Notes: a model not told the origin generated them from the sequence alone. A stretch of DNA of 32,000 nucleotides from Desulfobulbus propionicus DSM 2032 (GCF_000186885.1 NC_014972.1:780001-812000), one strand, 5' to 3'; shown: positions 16,308-25,792, counted from the first letter of the stretch. Made by a program: numbers and translations.

Positions 16308-17939
16308 GTGAACAAGCTGTGGAACATTGCCGACCTGATCGACCTCCATTTCTTTTTCCAGGCCGACGAGGAGCTGCGGCGCAGGGAGGGGGAAGCGGCG
16401 CTGGCCAAGCGCGACCGGATCATCTATGTGGCCAAGATCGAGCCGCAGCTGGGCAAAATGGACGATATTCCGCCCCGGATCCTGGTGCGCAAGTGGCTGG
16501 CCATGCGGCGGCTGCAGTACCGTCAGGAGCGCGGGCACGAGGGGCAGGTGCTGCCCGGCACCCTGTGGCAGGAAATGGCCCTGCTCTGCCGGGGGCTGGT
16601 GTTCTGCTGCGGCCTGCTGGCCGGGGCGGGCCTGGCCGGTTCCCTGCTTGTCTATGCCGGCACCATGCCGCTGAATGTGGCCGTCTATTTTGGCCTGTTT
16701 GTCGTCCTTCAGCTCGTGATGATCGGCCTTCAGGGGGGGCTGTTCGTCTACCGGCGCCTGCGCCGGCTGCCCATGGAGTCGACCGCCCTTTACGCGCTCA
16801 TCGGCCGGTTGCTGATGCGAGGCATGGACGGAATGCGCCGACTGGTGCAGCGCAATCTCAGCGGCCAGCGGCGGTTGGATCTGGCGGCGCTGCTCGGCGG
16901 CGTGCGCCAGCGCAAGGAACTGGCGGCACTGCTCATCTGGCCGGCTTTCATCCTGGTGCAGCTGGGCGGCATCGGCTTCAATCTCGGGGTGATCGGCGCC
17001 ACCCTGGCCAAGGTCACCTTTGCCGACATCGCCTTTGCCTGGCAGTCGAGCCTGCAGCTCTCGGCCGAGCTGGTGGCCAGCTTGGTGCGCTGGATCGCCC
17101 TGCCCTGGTCGTGGCTCGTTCCCCATGCCTATCCGAGCCTGGCGCAGATCCAAGGCAGCCAGGTGGTGCTCAAGGAGGGCATGGCGCATCTGGCCACTGC
17201 CGATCTGGTCTCGTGGTGGCCCTTTCTCTGCTGCGCGGTGGTGACCTACGGCCTGCTGCCCCGGATCGGGCTGCTGATGCTCGGGCTAGTGGGGCAGCGC
17301 CGCGCCCTCGATGCGCTCCACTTCGCCACCCTGAGCATCCGGCCGCTGTTGCAGCGCATGACCACTCCCCGGATCGACACCAACGGCGAGCGGGAGTCCA
17401 CCGGCCAGGGGCGGCCAATAACACGGCCGCCAGCCGAGTCGGTCGAACCAGGAGGACCAGGGCGGGGCATGGAACCGGCCGCGCCGCCAGCCGCTTCGGC
17501 GCCGGCCGTTCACGATGCGCCGACCGTCCTGCTGATCGCCGATGAACTGTACGATGAGTGCCCGCAAGAACTGCTCGTCGAGCGGCTCAGGTCGCAATGG
17601 GGTCACGGCCGGGTCGAGTGTGTCCGCCATGGGCAGCCCGGTGCGCCGCTCGCGGAGGCGTTACTGCCGCTGCGCACCGCCGTCGAGCAAGGGGGGCTCG
17701 GCAGCGTGCTCCTGCTCCAGGAAGCCTGGCAGCCGCCGCTCAAGGAGACCGAGCTGCTGTTGCGCGCACTGCGCGATATTGCCGGCGAGCACACGCCGTT
17801 GACCGTTGTCCTTATCGGCAAGCCCACGCCGCAAACCATCCTCACCCCGGTCGATCCTGAGCAGCTGCGTGTCTGGCGGCAGAAGATGCGTGCCGTGGGC
17901 GATCCCTGTCTTGAGGTGCAACCCCTGGTGCAACCATGA
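16308..17939 (+). CDS. Polytopic membrane protein, DUF2868-like (family assignment from memory; uncharacterised)
   Basis: Strong GC3 codon bias throughout. It has a soluble N-terminal ~85 aa and at least four hydrophobic segments (LVFCCGLLAGAGLAGSLLVYAG; VAVYFGLFVVLQLVMIGLQGGLFVY; LLIWPAFILVQLGGIGFNLGVIGATLA; WWPFLCCAVVTYGLLPRIGLLMLGLVG). A Pro/Ala/Gly linker leads to a ~190-aa soluble C-terminal domain. The start is uncertain: in-frame GTG 16308 is chosen, it has no clear SD, and the track start 16083 translates as Arg/Pro/Ala-rich junk. Confidence 0.65.
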   Translation: MNKLWNIADLIDLHFFFQADEELRRREGEAALAKRDRIIYVAKIEPQLGKMDDIPPRILVRKWLAMRRLQYRQERGHEGQVLPGTLWQEMALLCRGLVFCCGLLAGAGLAGSLLVYAGTMPLNVAVYFGLFVVLQLVMIGLQGGLFVYRRLRRLPMESTALYALIGRLLMRGMDGMRRLVQRNLSGQRRLDLAALLGGVRQRKELAALLIWPAFILVQLGGIGFNLGVIGATLAKVTFADIAFAWQSSLQLSAELVASLVRWIALPWSWLVPHAYPSLAQIQGSQVVLKEGMAHLATADLVSWWPFLCCAVVTYGLLPRIGLLMLGLVGQRRALDALHFATLSIRPLLQRMTTPRIDTNGERESTGQGRPITRPPAESVEPGGPGRGMEPAAPPAASAPAVHDAPTVLLIADELYDECPQELLVERLRSQWGHGRVECVRHGQPGAPLAEALLPLRTAVEQGGLGSVLLLQEAWQPPLKETELLLRALRDIAGEHTPLTVVLIGKPTPQTILTPVDPEQLRVWRQKMRAVGDPCLEVQPLVQP

Positions 17940-19387
17940 AAACGGTTCCGGAATTCGCCATCATCGGCCATCCCAACGAGGGCAAGTCCTCGGTGCTGTC
18001 CACCCTGGCGGAGGACGATTCGGTACGGGTCAGCGCCACGCCCGGAGAAACCGTGGTCTGCCAGGCTTTTCCGGTGCGCATCGACGGCCGGGAGATCATC
18101 CGTTTCATCGACACCCCGGGGTTCCAGAACCCGCGCCAGACCCTGGAGTGGCTGCAATCCTATCAGGGCCCGGAAGAGGGCATGCTGGAGGCCTTCATCG
18201 GCGCCCACCAGGATGATCCGGCCTTTCAAGACGACTGCGAACTGCTCCGGCCGGTGGCGGCCGGTGCGGGGGTGATCTTTGTGGTTGACGGTTCCCGTCC
18301 CCTGCGCCACGTCGACCGGGCCGAGATGGAGATCCTCCGTCTGACCGGGGCGCCGCGCATGGCGGTGATCAACTGCAAGGACGAGGAGGAAGGGTATCTG
18401 GCCAAGTGGCAGGGCGAGTTCCGCAAGCATTTCAATGCGGTCCGCCTGTTCAACTCCTGCCGGGCCAACTACCGCCAGCGCATCGATCTGTTGGAGAGCC
18501 TCAAATCCATCGACCAGCAGCTGGAACCGGTGCTGCGCACGGTGATCGAGGCCTTTCAGGACGACTGGGAGGTACGCAGCCAGCGGACCGCCGCCATTCT
18601 CGCCGCCATGCTCATCGATATCATCAGCTACCGGCGGGTGGTCCCCTGCGCGCCCGACGAGGAGGAGCGCAAGCGCCAGGACCTGCACCGAGACTACCTT
18701 GAGTATGTCACCGGCCGGGAGCGGCAGGCCCAGCAGGCGATCCGCGCCCTGTTCAAGCACAATATCTTCAATCTCGAACTGCCGCCGCAGTCGATCCTGG
18801 CCGAGGACCTGTTCAGTCAGCGCACCTGGGAGTTCCTCGGCCTGAGCAAGCGGCAGATCATCCTGGCCGGAGCCCTGGGCGGGGCGGCCCTGGGGGTGGG
18901 CATCGACGCCGCCACCGTCGGCACCTCCTTTGGCCTGTTCTCGGCGGTCGGCGGCCTGATTGGCGCCGGTGCCACGGCGCTCAAGGGCAAGGACCTGCTT
19001 TCCGGCGTCCGCCTGCTGGGCATGAAGATGGGCGGCGAGCAGTTGCGGGTGGGGCCGGTCACCAACATCCAGCTGCTCTACATCCTCCTTGACCGGGGGC
19101 TGCTATTTTATTCCCATGTGATCAACTGGGCGCATGGCCGCCGCGATTACGAACGGATGGCGGCGTTGCCCATGACCGCAGGGGCGACGGGTGGCTTCAC
19201 CCGACGTTGGCAGCGGGAGCAGCGAGCTGTTTGTGACCGGTTTTTCCGTGCCGTGCTCAAGGGCCACGAGGGCGAGATCGAGGAAACCTCGGTGGCTCTG
19301 CAAGATCTGCTGCGCGATCAGTTCCTCGGGCTCAGCGAGGATCGGGCTTTGCTCGGCGTGGAAGGCGATCCGGCCGAACACTCGTGA
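17936..19387 (+). CDS. Membrane-associated P-loop GTPase, DUF3482-like (MMR_HSR1-type G domain plus helical region plus Gly-rich hydrophobic hairpin)
   Basis: G1 is AIIGHPNEGKSS, G3 is DTPGF, and G4-like is INCKD. The C-terminal hydrophobic stretch is IILAGALGGAALGVGIDAATVGTSFGLFSAVGGLIGAGATAL. The start ATG overlaps the upstream stop (ATGA at 17936-17939). Confidence 0.75.
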   Translation: MKTVPEFAIIGHPNEGKSSVLSTLAEDDSVRVSATPGETVVCQAFPVRIDGREIIRFIDTPGFQNPRQTLEWLQSYQGPEEGMLEAFIGAHQDDPAFQDDCELLRPVAAGAGVIFVVDGSRPLRHVDRAEMEILRLTGAPRMAVINCKDEEEGYLAKWQGEFRKHFNAVRLFNSCRANYRQRIDLLESLKSIDQQLEPVLRTVIEAFQDDWEVRSQRTAAILAAMLIDIISYRRVVPCAPDEEERKRQDLHRDYLEYVTGRERQAQQAIRALFKHNIFNLELPPQSILAEDLFSQRTWEFLGLSKRQIILAGALGGAALGVGIDAATVGTSFGLFSAVGGLIGAGATALKGKDLLSGVRLLGMKMGGEQLRVGPVTNIQLLYILLDRGLLFYSHVINWAHGRRDYERMAALPMTAGATGGFTRRWQREQRAVCDRFFRAVLKGHEGEIEETSVALQDLLRDQFLGLSEDRALLGVEGDPAEHS

Positions 19388-19388
19388 T

Positions 19389-21374
19389 ATGTCCATGCCG
19401 CCCCGCCTGTTGATCGTCAACTGCGCCAGCCCTTATTTCTTCTACATCCCCATGGGCAGCTTCGGCCTGTGCGATTTCCTCGCCCAGCGGGGCGTGGAGG
19501 CGCGTATCTTCAGCCCGTCGCTCTACCCGGAGGCCGAGTCGGGGCAGCGGTTGCGGGAGGCACTGGAGCGCCTGCGGCCCACCCATGTCGGCCTGGTCTG
19601 CCATTGGCAGGAAACCGCCCATGGCCTGTTGGCGGCGCTTGCGACAGTGCGGGACTGGAGCGATTCGGTGGTCACCCTCTGCGGCGGATTCACCGCTTCC
19701 TATTTTGCCGAGGACCTGCTGCGGACAGTTGCCGAACTCGATTACGTGGTGACCGGCGATCCCGAGGAGCCGGTGGCCCAGCTGTTGGAAGGCCGCCCGC
19801 CGGGGGAAATCGCCAATCTGGTGTGGCGGGAATCGGACGGGAACATTGGCCGCAGCCAACAGCGGTGGCTGATGGACACCGCGTTGCTCGATCGGTTGAG
19901 TTTTGCCGACCTGAGCGTGCTCGACGATGCCCGGCGCTATTTGGACAAGATCACCGCCAAGCTCGGTTTTCCCCTCTTTCTTGGTCGCGGCTGCGTGTTC
20001 GACTGCACCTATTGCGGCGGCAGCCGGCATGCCTTCCGCCTCCACTCCGGCCGCCAGGCACCGGTGGTCCGTTCGCTTGCGGCCGTCCGTTCCGACCTGC
20101 ACCGGCTGAAACCGTGGACCTCGGTGCTCTATCTCTGCTACGAGAACGATCCGGCATACATCAAAACCTTATTCCGCGTCATTGCGGACGACCCCGGACT
20201 GCGCGGCCATTTCGTCTGCCACTATGGGGCCTGGCACCTGCTCGACGCCGAGTTCCTCGACCTCTACCGCCGCGCCTTCGACTGCGCGGCATCCCTGCCG
20301 ATATTCGAGTTTTCGCCCGAGGTGGTGGATGACGCCCGGCGAACAGCCATCAAGCGCGGCGCCACCTATACATTGGCCCGGATGGAAGACAACTTCCGTG
20401 CCATCAGCGAGGCCTTCGAGGGCAGGGCGCGGATCGAGGTTTTTTTCAGCCGTTACCATCCGACGCTCACCGTCGACGACCTGCAGCGGGAGGTCAGGGA
20501 CATCCTCCTGTTCAAGCACCGCATGATTTGCCAGGAGCTGCCGGTCCATGTCTGTTTCGACCATCTGTCCACCGATGTCGGCAGCCGCTATTGGCAGGAT
20601 CACCAGGATCGGCCCCGCGACTTCGCCCGCTTTCTCGAGCTCAAGACCGGCGTGGATCAGGGCCGCCTTCACCCGTTTCCGGTGGACAACCTCTGCCTGC
20701 TGATTCCCGATCAGCTTCCCCGGCCATTCGTGCTACGGCTGGAGGCCCTGCTGCTGGTCCTGGACGAGTTGGAGCGCCATGGCCATGAGCTCGTGCATCT
20801 GCTGCTGGCCTGGTACGGGGATCGATGGATCGCCGAGCTGGAAAGGGTGATTGGGCCGATGCTGGCCGCCGATGATCCGGCCGCCTGGTTCGCCGCCCCG
20901 CCGCTCGATGCCCTCCTGGCCGCCCTCGGCCAGCGGCTGGAGAGCGGTCATGGCGGTTCGCCGCCGCCGTTCCTCGCCGATCTATTTCGTTTCAGCCGCA
21001 AGAAACTTGCCCAGGGTAGGGGAGAGGCTCCGCCGCCCGTCGCGGACGAGCCGCAGGCGGCATGTTTTGTCCTGGATCCAAACCGGATCTCCGTCCACGA
21101 GCAGGATTATCTCGATCTGGTGCCCCTGCTCCGCTGCCTGCATGAACGCGGGCAGGACCGGTTGACCTACCGGCGCACGGTGTACCTGTATCTTGCCGGC
21201 GGTATCCTCTGTCTGTCCCACGCCGCCTACCGCAACACCCTGCGGCCCTTCGAGCGGCCAACCAATCTCGCCGCCCATCGGGCGATGCTCGCCGGCGACG
21301 AGGGCGGCCGGCAGGTGCGCCTGCTCGACCAGCTGGTCAGGGAAGGGGTGTTGTTGCCGACTGCCTGCCCCTGA
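19389..21374 (+). CDS. Radical SAM enzyme with an N-terminal B12-binding-like (class B type) domain and a ~300-aa unassigned C-terminal region
   Basis: The start is trimmed to ATG 19389, 1 nt after the GTPase stop TGA at 19385-19387. The N-terminal Rossmann-like part is PRLLIVNCASPYFFYIPMGSFGLCDFLAQRG...VVTGDPEEPV. The CX3CX2C motif is in LFLGRGCVFDCTYCGGSRH. The barrel-like block FEFSPEVVDDARRTAIKRG follows. There is no SPASM-type Cys cluster. Confidence 0.8.
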   Translation: MSMPPRLLIVNCASPYFFYIPMGSFGLCDFLAQRGVEARIFSPSLYPEAESGQRLREALERLRPTHVGLVCHWQETAHGLLAALATVRDWSDSVVTLCGGFTASYFAEDLLRTVAELDYVVTGDPEEPVAQLLEGRPPGEIANLVWRESDGNIGRSQQRWLMDTALLDRLSFADLSVLDDARRYLDKITAKLGFPLFLGRGCVFDCTYCGGSRHAFRLHSGRQAPVVRSLAAVRSDLHRLKPWTSVLYLCYENDPAYIKTLFRVIADDPGLRGHFVCHYGAWHLLDAEFLDLYRRAFDCAASLPIFEFSPEVVDDARRTAIKRGATYTLARMEDNFRAISEAFEGRARIEVFFSRYHPTLTVDDLQREVRDILLFKHRMICQELPVHVCFDHLSTDVGSRYWQDHQDRPRDFARFLELKTGVDQGRLHPFPVDNLCLLIPDQLPRPFVLRLEALLLVLDELERHGHELVHLLLAWYGDRWIAELERVIGPMLAADDPAAWFAAPPLDALLAALGQRLESGHGGSPPPFLADLFRFSRKKLAQGRGEAPPPVADEPQAACFVLDPNRISVHEQDYLDLVPLLRCLHERGQDRLTYRRTVYLYLAGGILCLSHAAYRNTLRPFERPTNLAAHRAMLAGDEGGRQVRLLDQLVREGVLLPTACP

Positions 21375-21415
21375 CGGGAAATTCGGCCCGTCGGTTGCCG
21401 GAACGGAAACCTGAT

Positions 21416-21444
21416 TTGCCGGCCGGCAGTTTTTACGCTACAAT
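21416..21444 (+). promoter_or_regulatory. Candidate sigma70-type promoter for glgP (overlaps a short GC palindrome plus T5 that may end the upstream operon)
   Basis: TTGCCG (21416-21421), a 17-nt spacer, then TACAAT (21439-21444), 52 nt upstream of the glgP ATG. The spacer contains the palindrome TGCCGGCCGGCA followed by GTTTTT. Confidence 0.5.
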
Positions 21445-21495
21445 ACTTCTATATTTTCGCCGCCATTTCCCTTCTTGTTGCCCAGCGGAGGTTGT

Positions 21496-23985
21496 ATGAA
21501 CCAAATCACAGAGACCCCGACCAACAACCATGCCTACTCTTCCATTTTTCAGGGAACCGGGGTTGAGGAGTTCAAGAAATGCATTCAGCATCATCTGATG
21601 TCCTTCCAGGGCCGCGACCCGGACCGGGCCGGCGACCAGGACGTCTACCGTGCCCTGTCCTATGCCCTGCGCGACGTGCTGATGGAAAAATGGATCAAAA
21701 CCCAGAAGACCTTCTACGCCGGCAAGATGAAGCGGGTCTATTACCTGTCCCTCGAATTTCTCGTCGGCCGCTCCCTGGGCAACGCGATCATCAACATGGG
21801 GCTGATGGACGAGGTCACCCAGGCTCTGGAGCAGCTTGGCTACGATCTGGAGCGGTTGCGCGAGTGCGAGGAGGACGCGGCCCTGGGCAACGGTGGTCTC
21901 GGTCGTCTTGCCTCCTGCTTCATGGACTCGATCGCCACCATGAAGATTCCAGCCTACGGCTACGGCATCCGTTACGATTTCGGCCTGTTCAACCAGAAGA
22001 TCGTCGACGGCTACCAGGTCGAGACCCCGGACAGCTGGCTGCGGCTCGGCTCGCCGTGGATGTACGAGCGCACCTCGTTCATGTACCCGGTGCAGTTCTA
22101 CGGTCACGTCACCGCCACCACCGACGAGAACGGCCGCTACCGTGCCCGCTGGACCGACACTGAGATCGTCATGGCCATGGCCTGCGACATGCTGGTGCCG
22201 GGGTTCAAGAACGATCACGTGATCAACATGCGCCTGTGGCGGGCCAAGGCCTCGCGCGAGCTGGATCTGCGGTTTTTCAACGCCGGCAACTATATCACCG
22301 CGGTGGAGAACAAGGTCAAGTCCGAGACCATCTCCAAGGTGCTCTACCCCAGCGACGACATCAGCGAGGGCCAGGAACTCCGCCTCAAACAACAGTATTT
22401 CTTCGTCGCCGCCACCTTCCAGGACATCCTCCGCCGCTATCGCAAGGATAACGACACCTTTGACGATTTTCCCAATCAGGTAGCGGTGCAGCTCAACGAC
22501 ACCCACCCGGCCATCGCCATTCCCGAGCTGATGCGACTCTTGCTCGACATCGAGGGGTTGGGATGGGAGCTGGCCTGGAACATCTGTGTCAAAACCTTTG
22601 CCTACACCAATCACACCCTCATGCCCGAGGCCCTGGAAACCTGGCCGGTGGACATGCTCGGCCGGGTGTTGCCTCGTCATCTGGAGATCATCTACGAGAT
22701 CAACCGGCGCTTCCTGGAAGAGGTGGCCCTCTGCTATCCGGGCAATCTGCGCAAGATTCAGGAAATGTCCCTGATCGACGAGGGGCCGGTGCGGCGGGTG
22801 CGCATGGCCAACCTGGCCATCGTCGGCAGCCATTCGGTCAACGGGGTGGCCGCCCTGCACACCGAATTGCTGAAAAATTATCTGTTCCGCAATTTTCACG
22901 AGATGTATCCGGATCGGATCAATTCCAAGACCAACGGCATCACCCCCCGCCGTTGGCTGCTCAAGTGCAACCAGGAGTTGTCCGGGCTGATCGGCGACAA
23001 GATCGGCTATGACTGGGTGGTGGATCTCGACCGGCTGCGCGATCTCGAAACCTACTGTGACGATCCTGCCTTTCATCAGCGCTGGCAGGCGGTCAAGCTG
23101 GTCAACAAGAAGCGGCTGGCCAAGATCATTGCCGCCACCTGCTGTATCGAGGTCGATCCCGAGACCCTGTTCGACATCCAGGTAAAACGGATCCACGAAT
23201 ACAAGCGACAGCTGTTGAACGTGCTCCACGTCATTCATTTCTATCAGCGGCTGATCACTCGTCCCGAGGAGGCGGTCACGCCGCGGACCATCATTTTTGC
23301 CGGCAAGGCCGCACCATCGTATGTCAAGGCCAAGCTGATCATCAAGCTGATCAACTCGGTGGCCGCGGTGGTCAACAACGACCCGCGGGTGGGCAGCCGG
23401 CTCAAGGTGGCCTTCATTCCCAACTACTGTGTTTCCCTGGCCGAACGGATCATCCCGGCGGCCGATCTCTCCGAACAGATCTCCACCGCCGGCACCGAGG
23501 CCTCGGGCACCGGCAACATGAAGTTTGCCCTCAACGGCGCCCTGACCATCGGTACCCTGGATGGGGCCAATATCGAAATTCGGGAAGAGGTGGGGGCGGA
23601 CAACATCTTCATCTTCGGCATGACCGCCGAGGAGGCGGAGTACGAGAAGAAATGCAAGTCACGGAAACCGTGGCAGATCTACGAGCGCAATCCGGAGGTG
23701 CGCGAGATCATCGACGCGATCGCTGGCGGTGCCTTCAGCAACGGCGACACCGAATTGTTCCGACCGCTGGTCAACGACCTGCTCAGTGAGAACGACCCGT
23801 ATTTGCTGCTGCTCGACCTGGAATCCTACCTTCAATGCCAGCGGCTGGTGGGCGAAGTCTATGCCGACCGGGCCACCTGGATACGGCGGTCGATTCTCAA
23901 CGTGGCGCGGATGGGCAAATTCTCCAGCGACCGGACGATCAAGGAGTATGCGGAAGAGATTTGGGGACTGAAGATCGACAGGTAG
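21496..23985 (+). CDS. glgP: Glycogen/maltodextrin (alpha-glucan) phosphorylase
   Basis: 829 aa. Blocks include YYLSLEFLVGRSLGNA, LGNGGLGRLASCFMDS, and the PLP-lysine block ISTAGTEASGTGNMKFALNGALTIGTLDGANIEI. GGAG lies 5 nt upstream of ATG 21496. Confidence 0.97.
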   Translation: MNQITETPTNNHAYSSIFQGTGVEEFKKCIQHHLMSFQGRDPDRAGDQDVYRALSYALRDVLMEKWIKTQKTFYAGKMKRVYYLSLEFLVGRSLGNAIINMGLMDEVTQALEQLGYDLERLRECEEDAALGNGGLGRLASCFMDSIATMKIPAYGYGIRYDFGLFNQKIVDGYQVETPDSWLRLGSPWMYERTSFMYPVQFYGHVTATTDENGRYRARWTDTEIVMAMACDMLVPGFKNDHVINMRLWRAKASRELDLRFFNAGNYITAVENKVKSETISKVLYPSDDISEGQELRLKQQYFFVAATFQDILRRYRKDNDTFDDFPNQVAVQLNDTHPAIAIPELMRLLLDIEGLGWELAWNICVKTFAYTNHTLMPEALETWPVDMLGRVLPRHLEIIYEINRRFLEEVALCYPGNLRKIQEMSLIDEGPVRRVRMANLAIVGSHSVNGVAALHTELLKNYLFRNFHEMYPDRINSKTNGITPRRWLLKCNQELSGLIGDKIGYDWVVDLDRLRDLETYCDDPAFHQRWQAVKLVNKKRLAKIIAATCCIEVDPETLFDIQVKRIHEYKRQLLNVLHVIHFYQRLITRPEEAVTPRTIIFAGKAAPSYVKAKLIIKLINSVAAVVNNDPRVGSRLKVAFIPNYCVSLAERIIPAADLSEQISTAGTEASGTGNMKFALNGALTIGTLDGANIEIREEVGADNIFIFGMTAEEAEYEKKCKSRKPWQIYERNPEVREIIDAIAGGAFSNGDTELFRPLVNDLLSENDPYLLLLDLESYLQCQRLVGEVYADRATWIRRSILNVARMGKFSSDRTIKEYAEEIWGLKIDR

Positions 23986-24042
23986 GAAGGACGGCGGCCG
24001 TCGGCGGGGCGGCGACACCCAGCCACGGACGAATCGGGTGGT

Positions 24043-24588
24043 TCAGCCGTCTTTTTTGATGAAACAGTTACCGTAATGTTTGAGCTCGGCAATCGACTCG
24101 CGGATATCGTCGTGGGCCAGATGATGGCATTCCTTGGAAAATTTGGGCAGATCCGGCGCCCAGCGCAGGGCCAGTTCCTTGAGGGTGCTGACATCGATGT
24201 TGCGGTAATGGAAATACTGCTCCAGCTCGGGCATGAAGCGGGCGAGAAAGCGGCGATCATGCCAGACCGAGTTGCCGCACATGGGGGAAACCCGCTTATC
24301 CACCCACTGCTTGATGAATTCCAGCGTCTCCAGTTCAGCCTGGCGGCAGGTGAACGTGCTGCGGCGGACGCGGTCGATCAGTCCTGATTCCCGGTGGTGC
24401 TGGGTGTTCCAGGGATCCATGGCCGCGAGCACCTCCTCGGGCTGATGAATGGCGATGACCGGCCCGTCGGCGAGGATCTCCAGGTGGGAATCGGTCACCA
24501 CCGTCGCCACCTCCAGAATCTTATCCGTGAAGGGATTGAGCCCGGTCATTTCCAGGTCGATCCACACCAGATTGCTGTTGTCTTTCAT
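24043..24588 (-). CDS. orn: Oligoribonuclease (DEDDh 3'-5' exoribonuclease)
   Basis: 181 aa. Blocks include [28 protein letters not shown], the [11 protein letters not shown] region, and [17 protein letters not shown]. Confidence 0.95.
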   Translation of the reverse strand: MKDNSNLVWIDLEMTGLNPFTDKILEVATVVTDSHLEILADGPVIAIHQPEEVLAAMDPWNTQHHRESGLIDRVRRSTFTCRQAELETLEFIKQWVDKRVSPMCGNSVWHDRRFLARFMPELEQYFHYRNIDVSTLKELALRWAPDLPKFSKECHHLAHDDIRESIAELKHYGNCFIKKDG

Positions 24589-24696
24589 CAGGTTTCGATC
24601 CTTTCAGTTCCGTCGAACCAGCCGAACCTCTTCTCTTTGGTCCAATGGACCACAGCTTGGTGTCCACTTCAACCCTTTTTCCGCATTTTGAGGCGG

Positions 24697-24728
24697 GCAA
24701 AACGGGCGGGAGCATCCAGCTCCCGCCC
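24697..24728 (-). terminator. Rho-independent terminator of fba
   Basis: On the minus strand: GGGCGGGAGC-TGGAT-GCTCCCGCCC, a perfect 10-bp GC stem (plus coordinates 24704-24713 and 24719-24728), followed by GTTTTG. It starts 20 nt after the fba stop codon. Confidence 0.7.
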
Positions 24729-24748
24729 AACGACCTTGTCCGGCAAGA

Positions 24749-25729
24749 TTATTTGATCCGTCCGGCGCTGCCGAGCACTTCCCTGTTTTTATGGATCACC
24801 ATGGCGATGAGTTCCTCGCGCGCCGGGCCGAGGTACTTGCGCGGATCGAATTCCCCTGGTTTTTCGGCGAATATCTTGCGGATCACGGCGGTCATGGCCA
24901 GGCGGCCGTCGCTGTCGATGTTGACCTTGCACACCGCCGAGGCCGCGGCCCGGCGCAGCTGTTCCTCCGGAATGCCAGCGGTGTTGTCCATCCTGCCGCC
25001 GAACTGGTTGATCATGGCCACATGGCTGGGGGTGACCGAGGAGGCCCCGTGGAGGACGATGGGAAATCCCGGAACCCGTCGCTCGATTTCTTCGAGGATG
25101 TCGAAACGCAGCGGCGGCGGTTCCTGGCCGGGCTGAAGCTTGAATTTGTAGGCCCCGTGCGAGGTGCCGATGGAGATGGCCAGACTGTCGACTCCGGTCT
25201 GTTCGAGGAATCGTTCGACCTCCTCCGGCCGGGTGTACGAGGAGTGCTCGGCGCTGACTTCGTCCTCGATGCCGGCCAGCACGCCGAGTTCGGCCTCCAC
25301 GGTGACCTCGCGGGCATGGGCATACTCCACCACTTGCCGCGTGAGAGCGACGTTGTCGGCAAAGCTGTGGTGGGAGGCGTCGATCATCACCGAGGAAAAG
25401 CCGGAATCGATGCAGTCCTTGGCCAGCTCGAAATCGGAGCCGTGGTCCAGGTGCAGGGCAATGGGGATGGCCAAGCCGTGTTCCTTGGCTAGGTCAACGG
25501 CCGCCGCCGCCATGTGCGGCAGGAAGGCCGTGCCGATGTAGCTGCGGGCGCTGCCTGACACCTGGAGAATCACCGGCGAGGCGGATCGGGCGCAGCCGAT
25601 GACAATGGCCTGCAGTTGTTCCATGTTGTTGAAGTTGTAGGCTGGGACCGCGAAGCGCTCCTCCATGGCCTGATGAAACATGGCGGAGGTGTTGACCAGT
25701 CCGAGTTCGGAATAATGTCGTGCATTCAT
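24749..25729 (-). CDS. fba: Class II fructose-1,6-bisphosphate aldolase
   Basis: The start is trimmed to ATG 25729 (MNARHYSELGLVNTSAMFHQAMEERFAVPAYNFNNMEQ). The Zn/His blocks are IALHLDHG and VLHGASS. GGAGA lies upstream. Confidence 0.93.
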   Translation of the reverse strand: MNARHYSELGLVNTSAMFHQAMEERFAVPAYNFNNMEQLQAIVIGCARSASPVILQVSGSARSYIGTAFLPHMAAAAVDLAKEHGLAIPIALHLDHGSDFELAKDCIDSGFSSVMIDASHHSFADNVALTRQVVEYAHAREVTVEAELGVLAGIEDEVSAEHSSYTRPEEVERFLEQTGVDSLAISIGTSHGAYKFKLQPGQEPPPLRFDILEEIERRVPGFPIVLHGASSVTPSHVAMINQFGGRMDNTAGIPEEQLRRAAASAVCKVNIDSDGRLAMTAVIRKIFAEKPGEFDPRKYLGPAREELIAMVIHKNREVLGSAGRIK

Positions 25730-25792
25730 GGGCGTTCTCCAGTTGAAGACGGGTGCGTGGTGCCTCTCGGGGGATGGACAGGCAAATGTATT

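Noticed and set aside
14868-18760. 415-aa (14868-16115), 343-aa (16158-17189) and 385-aa (17603-18760) minus-strand ORFs, plus the alternate-frame plus ORF 16319-17545
   Set aside because: All overlap the plus-strand cyclase, membrane-protein and GTPase genes, which have motifs and consistent GC3 bias. The alternatives translate to Arg/Gly/Pro/Ala-rich sequence.
21433-23238. 601-aa minus-strand ORF antisense to glgP
   Set aside because: glgP on the plus strand has unmistakable phosphorylase motifs, including the PLP-Lys block. The antisense product is low-complexity (D/G/V/L/Q-rich) with no domain signature.
23986-24042. Short GACGG-CGG-CCGTC palindrome between convergent glgP and orn as a bidirectional terminator
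   Set aside because: The stem is only 5 bp with a 3-nt loop and no U/A tracts on either side, which is too weak to call.
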